From Octopus sinensis (Eukaryota), in the NCBI RefSeq assembly GCF_006345805.1, contig NC_043007.1, positions 73,842,001-73,906,000 on the forward strand: a DNA stretch of 64,000 nucleotides. Direction: 5' to 3'. Under the pieces are notes generated by a model, which was not told the DNA's origin, ran no database searches, and saw only the letters and a list, made by a program, of their open reading frames with translations. This document shows, one piece after another, positions 1-13,016 of the stretch. Every line of letters begins with the position of its first letter. Position 1 is the first letter of the stretch. The translations under genes and the position numbers were made by a program.

Positions 1-144
1 CAATATTGATTTAACATCACATCACTTGATATCTTTTATTTAAATGAGAAACTAAAGATGTCACAGGATGTTTTTAAATATTCATGTTTGTCATTGGTAT
101 TTGTGGCCGGACAGGAAATTAGCTATGTTAATATCACCTCAGAT

Positions 145-365
145 CACATCATCATCATCTTCATCAGCATCACCATCAATCATCGTCATAAAAATGTCAA
201 CTTTTCCATGTTTGCATAGGTCTGACAGAATTCATTGAGGCAGATTTTCTACAGCCAACTGCCCTTTCTGTCACCAACCTTCACCTGTCTCCAAGCAAGG
301 TAATATTTCCCCATCACTGGACATGTTTTCATGGAAGATTGAAAATGGACACCACTTGCATGACA
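145..365 (-). mobile_element. Degenerate RTE-LINE 3' tail / RTE-tailed SINE copy
   Basis: Inverted copy of 895-1112 (shared ccaagcaaggtaatatttccccat). The family ends in ...acccatgc(a/t)agcatg...gatgatgat, like the 3' end of the LINE at 3888. Confidence 0.6.
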
Positions 366-429
366 GTTTACAACTGTCACGTCATGTCAAGACAAGTAAA
401 CGGTAACAAACATGCTCACACATTCATAT

Positions 430-636
430 ATTATTATTGCCATCAAAATACAAGACTAAATACTGCAACAGCTTGAGTTTCAAGGGTCCACAGCTCTTCA
501 ATATCCTTCCAAAATGCCTCAGAGACCTGCCTGGTGTGAATGTAGGTCTCTTCAAAACAAAACTGGATCTCCTCCTGTCAAGGGTTCCAGATGAGCTTAT
601 TTAACAGCAGGAAATACAGATGATGGCTGCAGCATG
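430..636 (+). mobile_element. CR1/L2-type LINE ORF2 C-terminal fragment
   Basis: Translates to LLPSKYKTKYCNSLSFKGPQLFNILPKCLRDLPGVNVGLFKTKLDLLLSRVPDEL. This matches the (NS)LxxxGPxLFNxLP...FKxKLDxxL..xPDEP pattern that ends CR1-group ORF2. Confidence 0.6.
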
Positions 637-637
637 T

Positions 638-808
638 ATTTAGTAAATAGAATTATAAGCTTCGACTGTATACTGACTATAGAAAATAGACTAATATTAG
701 GGCATATAAACCCCCATAATAGAACAAAAATGGGCATTTCTCTTATGGGCATTAAACTATTTTCTATAGTCAGTATGCAGTGAAAGCTTATAATTATATT
801 TACTAAAT
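638..808. mobile_element. MITE with ~50-bp terminal inverted repeats
   Basis: atttagtaaatagaattataagctt..actgactatagaaaatag at the left is mirrored by ctattttctatagtcagt..aagcttataattatatttactaaat at the right. Confidence 0.7.
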
Positions 809-894
809 CTTCACTCACTACCATTTTCTAATTCATGCATAATTTGCACATGTTTATATGTATACATATATGTATTTGTAACATCATGCAGAAA

Positions 895-1112
895 ATGATA
901 GTATCACCATCATACAAGAAGCACCCTTTGTTTCCATTCTTCCATGTAAACATATTTGGCCATGGGGAAATATTACCTTGCTTGGAAGCATGAGTAGGTT
1001 GTTAACAGGAAGAGCCTCCAGCAGTAGAAAATCTTCCTTGAGGAATTTCGTTTGACCCATGCAAGCATGCACAAGTGGATGTAAAACGATGATGATGGTA
1101 ATGATGGTAATC
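895..1112 (+). mobile_element. Degenerate RTE-LINE 3' tail / RTE-tailed SINE copy
   Basis: Ends in gacccatgcaagcatg...aaaacgatgatgatgg and is homologous to 145-365 in inverted orientation. Confidence 0.6.
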
Positions 1113-2551
1113 ACTAGAAGAATATTTTAAACCTTATCTTTCAAATACAAATTGTCAAGCAATTTCTTGTATGAAATTCAGCCAGTTGTAAATTGCTTCT
1201 TTATCTTAATTTTTGTTGCAATAACAGCAGAAATTCTTAAAATGGTAATTTTGCTGAGAAAATGAGTTACCTTTTTTTTTTCTTCTTTTGTTTCCTTCTT
1301 TTTATTATCCTTAAAGTTTGAGTGGAAACAAAGTGATTTTTTTTGCTTTTGATTCCTTTTGTAACCAGTTTGTTTCTGAGCTGATTTGTACTTTGTTGTT
1401 CATTCAATGAAGCATGCTTTCTTCATTTCTTTGTAGTCTTTGCAGATTCTCTGCATTCAAGGTTCCTGTCACACTGAAATGCTGTGAGACGGACCTGGAT
1501 ATGGGCACTAACTTAAACAAACATATAGTGATGGGGGAAATATTTGCATTCTGAAATATAGTTCTCAATGAATATTTAATATTAGGAACTATTCACACAA
1601 TAATGGAACTACATTTATTAATAAGATTATGAATGTTCTGATATTCATTTTATTGTGGCTGATTTCATCTCCAAGGGTTGTCAGGCATCTTATTCCTGGT
1701 TATACACATAGTAAACCTGACACCTGCCTTCAAGAAAAATGAACATTAAATAATAATGATGATGATGATGATGATGAGTAATTTATTGACAACCGCTTAT
1801 TTCAAACATTTAGACATTTGCATTCATGAATTTTATTTTATTTTTAAGGGATTGCTGGATTTGAAATAGAAACAAAACAATAAATTATTGTCAAAGCTCG
1901 GTAATGCTCAACAGAAATAATTGAAAAGGAATGGAATTTTACCGTTTTTTTCGTATGGAAATCCCTATCCTTCAAAACAAGGTAGTGGGCTTTGAAATTA
2001 TTTTGTAAATTTCATACATTTTCACTAAACCTTTCTCTCTTTATCTCTCTCTACCTACCTACATATTAAAATATCTCTTTTATGCTCTCTCCATATATTA
2101 TTCTACATATTTTTCTCTTTGATTTTTTTTATCTTTCTCTCATTTCTCGCTACCAGTCTTAACATAAGTATTTTTTCTTTACTCCCTAGTTTTCATTGTT
2201 TATCATAATTACATAATATTCTTATTTCTAATAATTTTTGGTAAAATTTTTCTTGTTTACCTGTAAAAATTGACTACAATTAGTAATCATCCATAATTAT
2301 TTCTTCAGGGAAAATTAACAATAGGATTTCTTCTATGTAAATCAGCAGTAGTAGTTTTACAGTTTATTCCAGTAATAAATGAGTAATCTATTATAAGATG
2401 CAGGTGTATTCTATACCTATATTTTACCAATTCCTAAAGGTTAATCTACAAAATTAAGACTGTTTCTAGATTTCAATAAACTAAGGCTCCCTTTCACCTT
2501 AGGGTCCATAATTCAGGTGATGCAGGAATTATTAATGAATGAACTGGCTGA

Positions 2552-2782
2552 TTAACCCATTAGCAATTAAACTGGCCATATCCATTTCAAATATTCTACC
2601 TGTTCAAACTGGCCAGATCTAGACTTTCACACCTATCCTACAATGCCATTCTAAAAATAAACCATTACATCATTGAAATCTTATATGTTTTCAATTACAT
2701 CATTGAGAGTTATGAGATAATACATGATTGCTTCAAAAGAATGTGAATAAATAAGCATTATATTCAGATGCTAAAGGGTTAA
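2552..2782 (-). mobile_element. piggyBac-type MITE (TTAA|CCC...GGG|TTAA)
   Basis: Starts ttaacccattagc and ends gatgctaaagggttaa. Same family as the copies at 22290-22731, 26030-26207, 30710-30927 and 31835-32048. Confidence 0.7.
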
Positions 2783-3887
2783 AAATAAATGGTAACAAAG
2801 TAACACTTGGTGTAAGTTTGACTTTTCTCATCAGGATGTAAGCTAAACTTTCGTGAAGTAAGTGTTATCATTTGAATAGCTTGCTGTGTTTTATTTGACT
2901 GACAAGAAGAATGGTAAAATCAATTTTGGCAGGAATAGAAGTGTGAATGGATGAGGTCAATTCAATAACTCATGGGATCATTAAAAAAATAAGTTAAAAA
3001 GTATCGTTTGACATTTAGATGTAAGCTGCAAGTTGTGTTGACTATTTTAAATTTGAATTAGTTTTGTTTCATCAAAGCAAATATAATTACAGGCTATCAT
3101 TAAATATTAATTCATGCTCTTGTCAATATAGACAGTGGTTTTAATATAGATCCTGGCAGCAATTCCACATAATACAATAAAACAGTCATATAATGACTGT
3201 TATCAGAAAAGGTTAAAATGGTCTTTTCTCTTAAAAATTACAATATAGAAAAGACACATTAACCATTCAAAAAACACACCAAGACTGTTAACTTCAGTTA
3301 AACATTCATTTGGTGTCGAAATTCTTGTCACCAACTGCAACCCACTCTCTAACAGGATACTACAGCATGTGGAATACGACTAAACCTGCTGCTATTTTTG
3401 ACTAGCAGCCAAGCTCTACATCAGTAGACCGATGAACACTGAGGAAGTTGATTAAATACTGGGAAACAACTAACAAGGTCAAACTCTGAAATATTCTTCT
3501 TCTTCTTCTTCAATGTGCTTTCTCCATTATGCAGTGGTTGCTTGTATGTTGTTTGGTTATGACTGTGTGGCTAAGAAGCTTGCTTTGCAGCTATGTGGTT
3601 TTGGGTTCAGTCCTATTGTGTGGCACCTTGGGTAAGTGTTTCCTATTTTAGCCATTGGTTAATCTATGCCTTGCAAGTGAATTTGGTAAATAGAAACTGT
3701 GTGGAAGCTCATAATATTTATGCATGTGTGTTTGTGTATATATATATGTGTGTATATATATATGTGTGTGTGTATATATGTATGTGTGTGTATGTATGCA
3801 TGTGTGTATATAGGTATGTGTGTGTGTATATATATATGTATGTGTATATATATGTTTGTATGTGTATATATATGTATAATATATATA

Positions 3888-6800
3888 TCATCATCGTTTA
3901 ACGTCCGTTCTCCATGCTAGCATGGGTTGGACGGTTCGACTGGGGATCTGGGAAGCCAGAAGGCTGCACCAGGCTCCAGTCTTTTCTGGCAATGTTTCTA
4001 CAGCTGGATGCCCTTCCTAACGCCAACCACTCCGTGAGTGTAGTGGGTGCTTTTTACGTGCCACCTGCACAGGTGCCAGGAGAGGCTGGCAACGGCCACA
4101 GTCGGATTGGTGTATTTTATGTGCCACCGGCACGGAAGCCAGTCGAGGCGGAGCTGGCATCGGCCACGAGTCGGATAGTGCTTTTTACGTACCACCAGAC
4201 CAGGGATCCTGGCTGGTTCAATTCGATTTTGCTTTCGCTTGCCCCAACATGTCTTCGCAAGCAAAGGGGGGGTTGGCATGGGTGCCTGTCGTACGGTCGG
4301 ATTGGTGTATTTTACGTGCCACCGGCACGGAAGCCAGTGGAGGCGGCACTGGCATCGGCCACGAGTCGGATAGTGCTTTTTACGTACCACCAGACCAGGG
4401 ATCCTGACTGGTTCAATTCGATTTCGATTTCGCTTTCGCTTGCCCCAACATGTCTTCGCAAGCAAAGGGGGTTGGCATGGGTGCCTGTCGTCGGATGAGG
4501 TTCTATATCGACTTCGCTTGCCTCAACAGGTCTTTGTGTCCAAGGGAGGAAAGGCATTCATAAGTGGGCTGGGCTCACTTGTCCTGCCTGGTCTTCTCAC
4601 GTACAGCATATTTCCAAAGGTCTCGGTCGCTGGTCATTTCCTCAGTGAGGCCTAAAGTTCGAAGGTCGTGCTTCACCACCTCGTCCCAGGTTTTCCTGGG
4701 GTCTACCTCTTCCATGGGTTCCCTCAACTGCTAGGGATTGGCACTTTCTCACACACCTATCTTCATCCATTCTCGCCACATGACCATACCAGTGCAATCG
4801 TCTCTCTTGCACACCACAACTGATGCTTCTTAGGTACAACATTTCTCTCAAGGTACTAATGCTCTGTCGAGTATGTACACTGACATTACACATCCATCGG
4901 AGCATACTGGCTTCATTCCTCACGAGCTTACGCATGTCTTCAGCAGTCACGGCCCATGTTTCACTGCCATGTAGCATGGCTGTTCGTACACATGCATCAT
5001 ACAGTCTGCCTTTTACTCTGAGCGAGAGGCCTTTAGTCACCAGCAGAGGTAAGAGCTCCCTAAACTTTGCCCAGGCTATTCTTATTCTAGCAGTTACACT
5101 TTCAGTGCACCCACCCCCACTACTGACTTGGTCACCTAGATAACGGAAGCTATCAACTACTTCTAGTTTTTTCCCCTGGGAAGTGACGGAAGTTGTTTTC
5201 TGATGATTTTCGAAGGTTAATGCTCCCGAGCATCTGCCACATACAAAAACTATCTTCCCAGTTAGCCTACCTTTGACATTGCTGCACCTCTTATGTGTCC
5301 ATAGCTTACACTGGGTACCTCTTATAGAGTTTCTACCTACACCTTTTCTACAGATCGAGCAGGGACATCTTCCTGAAGACATTTGTGGATTGTCTACCTT
5401 CCTACTTATTAGTACTTTGGTTTTAGCTAGGTTGACTCTAAGGCCCCTCGATTCTAAACCCTCCTTCCACACCTGGAACTTCTCCTCCAGTTCTGATAGT
5501 GACTCAGCAATTAGAGCAAGGTCGTCAGCGTAGAGGAGCTCCCAGGGGCAACCTGTCTTGAATTCCTCCGTAATTGCCTGGAGGACTATGATAAATAGGA
5601 GGGGTCTGAGTACTGAACCCTGGTGGACCCCAACCTCTTCTTTGAATTCTTCTGTGTACATGTTGCCAACCCTAACCTTACTTACGGCATCTCTGTACAT
5701 GGCTTGCATAGCCCTCACCAGTCATTCATCTATCCCTAGTTTCCTCATTGACCACCAGATAAGGGATCGGGGGATCTTATCAAAGGCTTTCTCCATGTCA
5801 ACGAAAGCCAGGTACAGGGGCTTATCTTTGGCTAGGTATTTCTCCTGCAGCTGCCTTACCATCAGTGGTACTTTTCCCTGGCACAAACCCAAACTGCATC
5901 TCATCTAAACTAACTCTCTCTCTAATTAGTTGGGCTATGACCCTCTCCGTAACCTTCATTACCTGATCCAACAGCTTGATACCTCTGTAATTATTTGTAT
6001 CTAGGGCATCACCTTTACCTTTGTAGCAGTTGACTAGTATGCTGCTACACCAGTCATTGGGTATGATTCCTTCGTGTATCACCTGGTTGACTATACGGGT
6101 GACTAGGTTATAGCCGACACTGCCAGATATTTTGAGCATCTCTGCAGTAATTCCTGATGGGCCTGAGGCTTTCCCTGTCTTCATGCTTCTAATTGCTTTA
6201 ACTACCAAAGAATTTTTAACTCGGATGGCTGGTCCCTCTGTTGGGTTGACATTCGGCAGACTCTCTTTATCCCATTCATTTTCTTTATTCAGCAACCTTT
6301 CATAGTGGCATCTCCAAACCTCTCTCTTTGCATCCTCATTTAGCACAAGTGAACCATCATCCATGCGAACACACTTCTCTCCTACCACATCACGGTTCTC
6401 TCTCACACACTGTCTTGCAACATGAAATACCTCAAGTCTTTCATCCTCACGGCTCAGAACATTGGCAAATTTTTTCTTATCCGCTTCCCCTCTGGCTAAA
6501 TAAACCTGTCTCCTAGCTTCCCTTCTGGCTGTCTGATACAATTCCCTGCTACCACCGTTCTTCCAGTCCTTCCAAGCCTGTCTCTTTTGTCTAATAGCCC
6601 TGTCAACCACAGTGTTCCACCACCATGTTACTCTGGGTCGAGATGGTACTTTGCTCCATCCACAGATCTGGTCAGTAGCTGTCAGCAGATTGTCCCATAG
6701 AAATCTCCAGTTGTCTTCCACATTAAGTGAAGCTATATCCCCTTCTATTTCGTCAAAGGCTTCGAGTAGTATGTCTCTAAATCTCTGTCTATTTGCAGGA

Positions 6801-7416
6801 TCTTTAAGCTTCCAGACCCTTCTCCTCCAAGCTGGTCTTCTTCTGGGCAACCATTTAGCTCTGATCCTGAAGTCGCTAACTACTAATCTATGTTGAGGAG
6901 TACATTCTTTGCCTGGAAAGGTTTTGGCATTTATAAGCAGCCCTCTTTCCCTTTTTCTGGCAAGAATGTAGTCAATCTGGCTAGTGTGTCTGCCAGAACG
7001 GTAGGTGACTAGGTGAGAGGTGGGTTTCCTGAAGTTGATATTGCAGACCATAAGGTCATTTGCATCGCAGAACTTCAGCAGCCTGGTTCCCTCCTCATTA
7101 CGAGAGCCAAAACCGTAGTCTCCATGAATGCCATGGAAGCCCCCGACATGCCGTCCAACATGTCCATTGAAATCACCTGCCACAAAGAGAAGGTCACTCA
7201 TTTGTCAACGAGGTAGTCCGCAATAGGGTGTCATAGAATTGGTCTTTTTGTCCTTCCGGTAGCCCTGGTTGAGGGGCATATGCCGAGATGATGGTAGCTG
7301 ACCTATGGTGAAGCACTAATCTAATTTTAATTACTCTGTCACTTACTCTGACTACCTTGATTACCTTATCTACCCATTTCTCCACAAGAAGTATACCCAC
7401 GCCCCCGACCCCGTCG
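3888..7416 (-). mobile_element. 5'-truncated RTE-clade LINE (APE endonuclease + reverse transcriptase), with ~750-nt 3' UTR and (GAT)n tail
   Basis: Minus-strand frames give EN motifs (GVGILL, SAYAPQ, AGDFNGHVG, SQIDYIL, HRLVV) and RT motifs (YRGIKLL, QFGF, AFVDMEKAFD, GVHQGS, LLYADDL, FRYLG). The 3' end reads ...ccaacccatgctagcatggagaacggacgttaaacgatgatga. Both ends run into TA/GT microsatellite. Confidence 0.95.
4642..7416 (-). pseudogene. Disrupted RTE ORF (EN-RT), at least two frameshifts and one in-frame stop
   Basis: Split across the track ORFs 7194-7541, 5822-7201, 5722-5904 and 4642-5718. Frameshifts lie near 7200 and 5870, and a TGA follows KLGIDE at about 5722. Confidence 0.9.
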
Positions 7417-9039
7417 TATAATATATATATATATATGTATGTATATATATATGTATGTATATATATATGTATATGTATAATAAATATATATATAATAGGC
7501 ACAGGAATGGCTGTGTGGTTAGTAGCTTGCTTACCAACCACATGGTTCCGGGTTCATTGTGTAAGAAATAGCAGGTAGGCAAATAGCTATGTATATGTAC
7601 ATATATGCATATAAATACGTGTGTATGAATGTATGTGGGTGTATGTGTACAGTTGTATTTCTATTTAAGTATGTAGTTGTTCATGTTTGCACATATGTGT
7701 GTGTGTGTGTGTGTACCTACATTTGGGTGTATTTGTGTATGTATGATTGTCTGTAGTTATGTATATATGTAAACATGAATTCTTCATGTATGTATGTATT
7801 CATGTATATATGGTGATGATGATGATGATGGCTATCCACCCATGAGCAAAGAAGACAATCACTGACCATCTACCATGCGAAATGTCTGCAAGGACTGTTC
7901 TAAGTAGTATTGTGTTCATGGTCAGCTTTATTCAGATTCACAGCTGTAGCCTTCATGCACACTGCAGGGCCCTCCTAATTGACCAGGCATTGTAAATGAC
8001 CCTCACCTAGCAATTGTACATCCTACAATTTTAAATCCAATAAGGCTTGGCTGACCCCTCACAGATCCTTTGCACCCTATATATGTGAGTTGGGTGCTGA
8101 TATTTCAGTTTGGGCTTGTTAATTTGATAAATTCTCTCCACAGTATGCAGGTAAAACAGTTAAAGCTAGGAAGCCTATTTAAACGATATTAGAGGATGCA
8201 AAACAAGCTTAAATCTACCCAACCTCTAATAGCTATCATGTTGGTGTGATGTTTTTTAACAACGTAGAAATATTAACCATTTCTGCCCCTGTACTGTTTG
8301 GAAGCAGCACAATATTGCTTTCTTCTTTAGATATAGGTCAATTTATGCTGGAGATCAATATAGTTAACTGAATTAATCCTGGTATATCAGTGATTCTTAT
8401 ATATCTCCGAGAGACATAAGATAATGTCAATTGTGCAAGGATTTGATACTAATATTCTGAGAACCAAAACAAATGCTATCTTTCTTTTCAAACATTGCAT
8501 TTCTGGATAAAGGATAATTTTAAATATCTTATCTTTTGTATTTTACTTGTCTCAATCATTGGACTGCAGCCATCCTGGGGCACTGCCTTGAAGGGTTTAG
8601 TCAAATAAATTGATATCAGTACTTACTTTTTCAGACTCTTATGCTGAACTGCTAAGTCATGGGGACTTAAACCAAACTGACATTGGTTACCAAGTGAGGT
8701 GGAGGATCACACACACACTTCTATGATGAGCTTCCGCACAGTTTTCATCTACCAAATTCACTCACAAGACATTGGTTGACCCAGGGTTATATTAGAAGCC
8801 ACTTGCCCAAGGTGTCATTAAGTGAGACTGAACCTGAACCCCTGTGGCTACGAAACGATCTCCTTTGCATTTTCCTGCCAACAAAACAAGCTACTGTTAC
8901 TTGGTAGAAATACTGAAATAAAGTTCAATTGTATTCAGTTATTACAGCTGTATGTTTACTGTTAAACAGGAAACATTTCATGTTAACATTAACTTGCTAC
9001 TGTCATCTCTAACAACCTTCACTGTTTTCTAGATGACAC

Positions 9040-9225
9040 CTCACCTTTTATACAAGCAGCTGTCATCTACATCTAACTTTGACATCTCTTGTCAAACATG
9101 CAACTAGAGTCTTACCGACCAGGCACAATCTTTCCTACCCAGAATGTCAGCCTTTGGAATACTGTTCCTGTAAACAATTTTCCTATAGACAATATTGACT
9201 GCTAAGTGTTTAAACCAAGCATGAA
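9040..9225 (+). mobile_element. Old LINE (L2/Jockey-like) ORF2 C-terminal remnant
   Basis: Reads TDQAQSFLPRMSAFGILFL, with a frameshift to WNTVPVNNFPIDNIDC. This resembles the SFxPRTxxLWNxLP..FP terminal motif. Confidence 0.35.
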
Positions 9226-12200
9226 CTGCTGTCGTTTGACTACCAGTCTTGGGTATTCAAACAATAACTTTGGTACAGTCCCTTCTTCCCCACTTAATAC
9301 ACTCCATCCTATCCAAAAATGGGAAACAAAGAAATGATATGAGTCACATGTAAGTAGAAGAAGCCTTTAGCATTCAGATTACTATATCAAATGCAATGCT
9401 TATTTATTTACATTGTTTTGAATGAATCATGCATTATCTCATAGCATCAAGATTTTAATGAAGTGGTTTTGATGTGTAGTTTTAAAATGACATTGCAGAG
9501 TATGTGTAAAAGGGTGGATATGATCAGTTTGAGCAGAAAACAGGTAGATTTTAAAGTTTATCGCTACAGATTTTTTATAGAGTTTAGAGCCAGCTCTGAA
9601 ATTTATGTTTCTTATATAGGAAACATCCATGTAAACAATGCAAAGATGGGAAGATAGGTAATGGGTGTATATAGATATTTGAGGAGTTATTGCTCCTTTT
9701 TCAGTACCACATGATCTCTCTAACCACATAATCCCATTATGTAACTTTCATTACTGGCTCTAAATTCTATGAAATGAAATCTGCTGAGATAAATTTTAAA
9801 ATGACAACAGCACACTGCTAACACAGAAGTAGGGCACAATACTGACTTATAAACTTTTAATATACTTGGTAATATGTAACAATTTAAAAAAATGAAATAT
9901 AGTGTCCCTACCAGCAATTAAAACAGGTAGGATATATGCACTTGTTATGACTGGTTTAAAAGGGTTACGGATGCATACATATAGTTGTTCTTTATCCTTT
10001 TGTTGCCAACTCACCCAAGACTGTCCCTGGTTCTATGATAAAACCTTATTGTGATAGAATTAAAACTATTCATTGAAGTTACATGCTAATTTATGTTCCA
10101 AACACCAGCTTATCTGTTATTTTACCAAATTTTTCATTATTTTTAAAATTAATTGAAATGAAGGCAGAGCATTTCAATACAGAAACTAGCTAACAAAATA
10201 TGGTTAAACATATTAGTTCCTATTTTTAATTACTAGAAACAATTCAAAACTCCTGTTATGTAATAGAGAAACAATTATTTGTAAAAACTGTACATTATAA
10301 CGACAGTGTCCCAGCATTGCCACATCTTGCTGAAACCTTGTTGTTGAGAATTGTTTAATTAGGAAAAAAAAAACAACATATTTTCTTTTTAGTAACAGCT
10401 TTTTTTTGTTTTTAATAATTTTGATTGCATTAAATTTGTAGGTTATTAGTTCTTATTTATTATTTTATAACTTTATCCACTTTAAATTTGTAAATTACAT
10501 TTACTATGCCATTCCAAGACTAATTCTTAGTCTGCTTTATTCCTCTTTTCAAGATGTGATATCTTCATTTTGCAAAGTAAGTGAATTTATATAATTTTAA
10601 TGCTTATGATACTGACTGGCTCTACAGATGTCACAAACAATGGTGATGCTGCTGCTACTGCTAAATATGTATAGTATTTAGATAGTATTAGATAGATAGT
10701 GATTTGGGGTATTACTGAAGTTGGTTAAAGCCTAGAGATAATATTTTGCATTGGTGAAAAGAGACGGTTTTAGTTTCCTTTTCAAAGTTTAAAATAATCC
10801 AAGATTTCTAAACAGTAATTTTCGGCCCTTAATATCTAAAATATCTTTTCCATTGATCATTTTTAGACAGTTTTCGATTGTAAAGGTTTCTCAAAGGGGA
10901 GCTCAATGAAGTGAGAAATAAACATGCACTCCTTTCTTTTTCCTTTTTCATGTTCTTTCCTTGTCTTGCAATTTACTTAGTGATCTTACTGGTGCTGATG
11001 ACATGAAAAAAAGAAGCATCCAGTACACACCTTATGGTTGTTGGTATTAAGAAGGACATCCAGCTATAGAAGCCACACACCAAAGCTGACATTGGAGCTT
11101 GGTGCAGCCTTACAGATCACTCATCCTGCCAAACTGTCCTACCCATGCCAGGATTGAAAATTAATATTAAATGATGATGATGATGAAAGATACTTTTGGA
11201 GCTTAGAACCATATTGTTAAAGGTAGATATAGTCATATAATAGTAATTAATCTTGCACACATACTTCTTTGGAAGAGAATTCTAACAATAATACAAACAA
11301 AATTGTATTGTTATTTACTTTCCATTGTTTTCTTTTTAAAAATTGGGTTGGAATTTCAGCAATCAGTTTTGGAAATGACAATAACATGAACAAGAACTTC
11401 AGTCTAATAAAGGTTAAGAAATTTCCATGTTCGTGTAGTTGATATTTCAACCTAGAGAATATAGTTTTCAGAAATATTGAATGTTTGCAATATTGCAATA
11501 GATTGTTGAATGGTAAAACTATCATTTGATGTTAGGCATTTATTTGAAAGTAGCGAATACTTAGAGGAGTTGATGTCCTGTTGAAAATGTGGTAAAGTAT
11601 AAGATAATAAATGTAAATGTTGAGGAAAGTATAACCTAGGATTTAATGTAGGGTATTTTTATGGGTAAAGACTATTCTTGTCTTTTAGTTATGGAAAAGT
11701 TCACTATAAATTAACAAATGAGATGTCTTATTACTTCAGCAAGTAAGGTGAAAGCTAGGCTTTGCTGGGGAGGTCTAATAAAATGAAAACATTTGGCATT
11801 GTCTCCTATTTACCAAATATCTAAAGTGATATTTTCTTTTATTATCTACATTTTTTAAAATTAGATTTTTGTTGCTCTACCTTAAATATGTTCATCCCTA
11901 CTGAATTATTGATCTTCATGAAGATGACATTTTTGAGTAATTAAAATATTGCATATGAGTATGTAAAAAAATTAGGAGAGAAAATAATTGATTCTAAGAA
12001 TGATATTTTAGTTCCTATAAATGTTTAAATTATGTGTAAAAGGTAACAATTAAACATGTTTCATCAAAGTTTTCTTTATATTAACATTTTCTAAATGTTA
12101 AAGCATTATTTACCATAAGGTGTATTTACATAATATTGAATAATTTCCATGACATTTAGTAGAATATATTGTGGAAGTCTGTAAATGCCACTTTTATTTT

Positions 12201-12976
12201 GTTTTATTTTGTTTCAGAAATTTACCAAGCTATATATTTACTCATAATTTTTCTCAATACAGTTTTATTTGTAAGTTTGTTGTACTATTTAGTTTGTATT
12301 TAATTTTTTTTTTTGTTTTTCTACAAGAGTCATTTCATAGGTGTGTACATGTTTGCATAAGATCACAATTATTATTTAAAAAACAAAAACAATTCCCTCC
12401 CCTGCCTCCTTCCCCAATATTACTTGCTATAAAAAGAGCTGAAATTAATATTAATTTCTGAAGTAGAACTTCTCTTTAATATATAAGCTTATATATAATT
12501 TTGTCTACTTGACACATTTGTTAAAGTATTGTTTTATAGGCTCTGTCACTCTTACCAAATTCCTATTTTTATATGATTTATTGTTGTTAAAAAAAAAACA
12601 AAAAAAAGATGGTTTGTACTTCTTAGGAACCTTTCTGTTTAAATTTATTTTGATATTTACTGAATAGCCAGGATGAGTTTTTCTGATTTGACAAGGCATT
12701 TTATAACTTTCAATGAAAACTAAAGTAGGTCACATCTTTATGAAAGTTACTCTACTTGGCAATTTTTAGACTACTATTGAAACTTATGAGAGAAGTTATA
12801 TTATACTATATATTTATTATTCGAGCATTGATGCAGTCAGAATTCAAGTAGATATCAGACCTAATAGTATCGTAAGTCCTGATTATATAATAATGCTTTC
12901 TTTCTCCATTTAACAACTTAATTTTATTGATATCAATAAGTAGGAGCAGTTATGTTCCATTAGCCTGCAGTGCTCA

Positions 12977-13016
12977 ATTGAAGTTCTTTTAATATATATA
13001 TTAAAAGAACTTCAAT
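12977..13016. repeat. Perfect 40-bp palindrome centred on (AT)n
   Basis: attgaagttcttttaatata|tatattaaaagaacttcaat is an exact self-complement. Confidence 0.95.

Noticed and set aside
3914-4655. ORFs of 70-194 aa with internal repeats
   Set aside because: They lie in the RTE 3' UTR, and the repeats reflect the 195-bp duplication.
7194-7541. ORF apparently giving the RTE LINE an N-terminus
   Set aside because: The ATG and first ~40 codons come from a SINE head and (TA)n. True LINE homology stops at about 7416 (5' truncation).
1446-8151. Micro-exon-like AG...GT segments (1446-1483, 2309-2336, ~3533-3541, ~8144-8150), and minus-strand ones near 29094-29162 and 32419-32443
   Set aside because: They occur on both strands at a rate compatible with chance in AT-rich DNA and cannot be assembled into a recognisable protein without RNA data.
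10994-11010. CTGATGA..GAAA strings (also at about 2826-2834 and 31728-31740 on the minus strand)
   Set aside because: There is no room or complementarity for stem II and no stem III/NUH, so these are chance matches.
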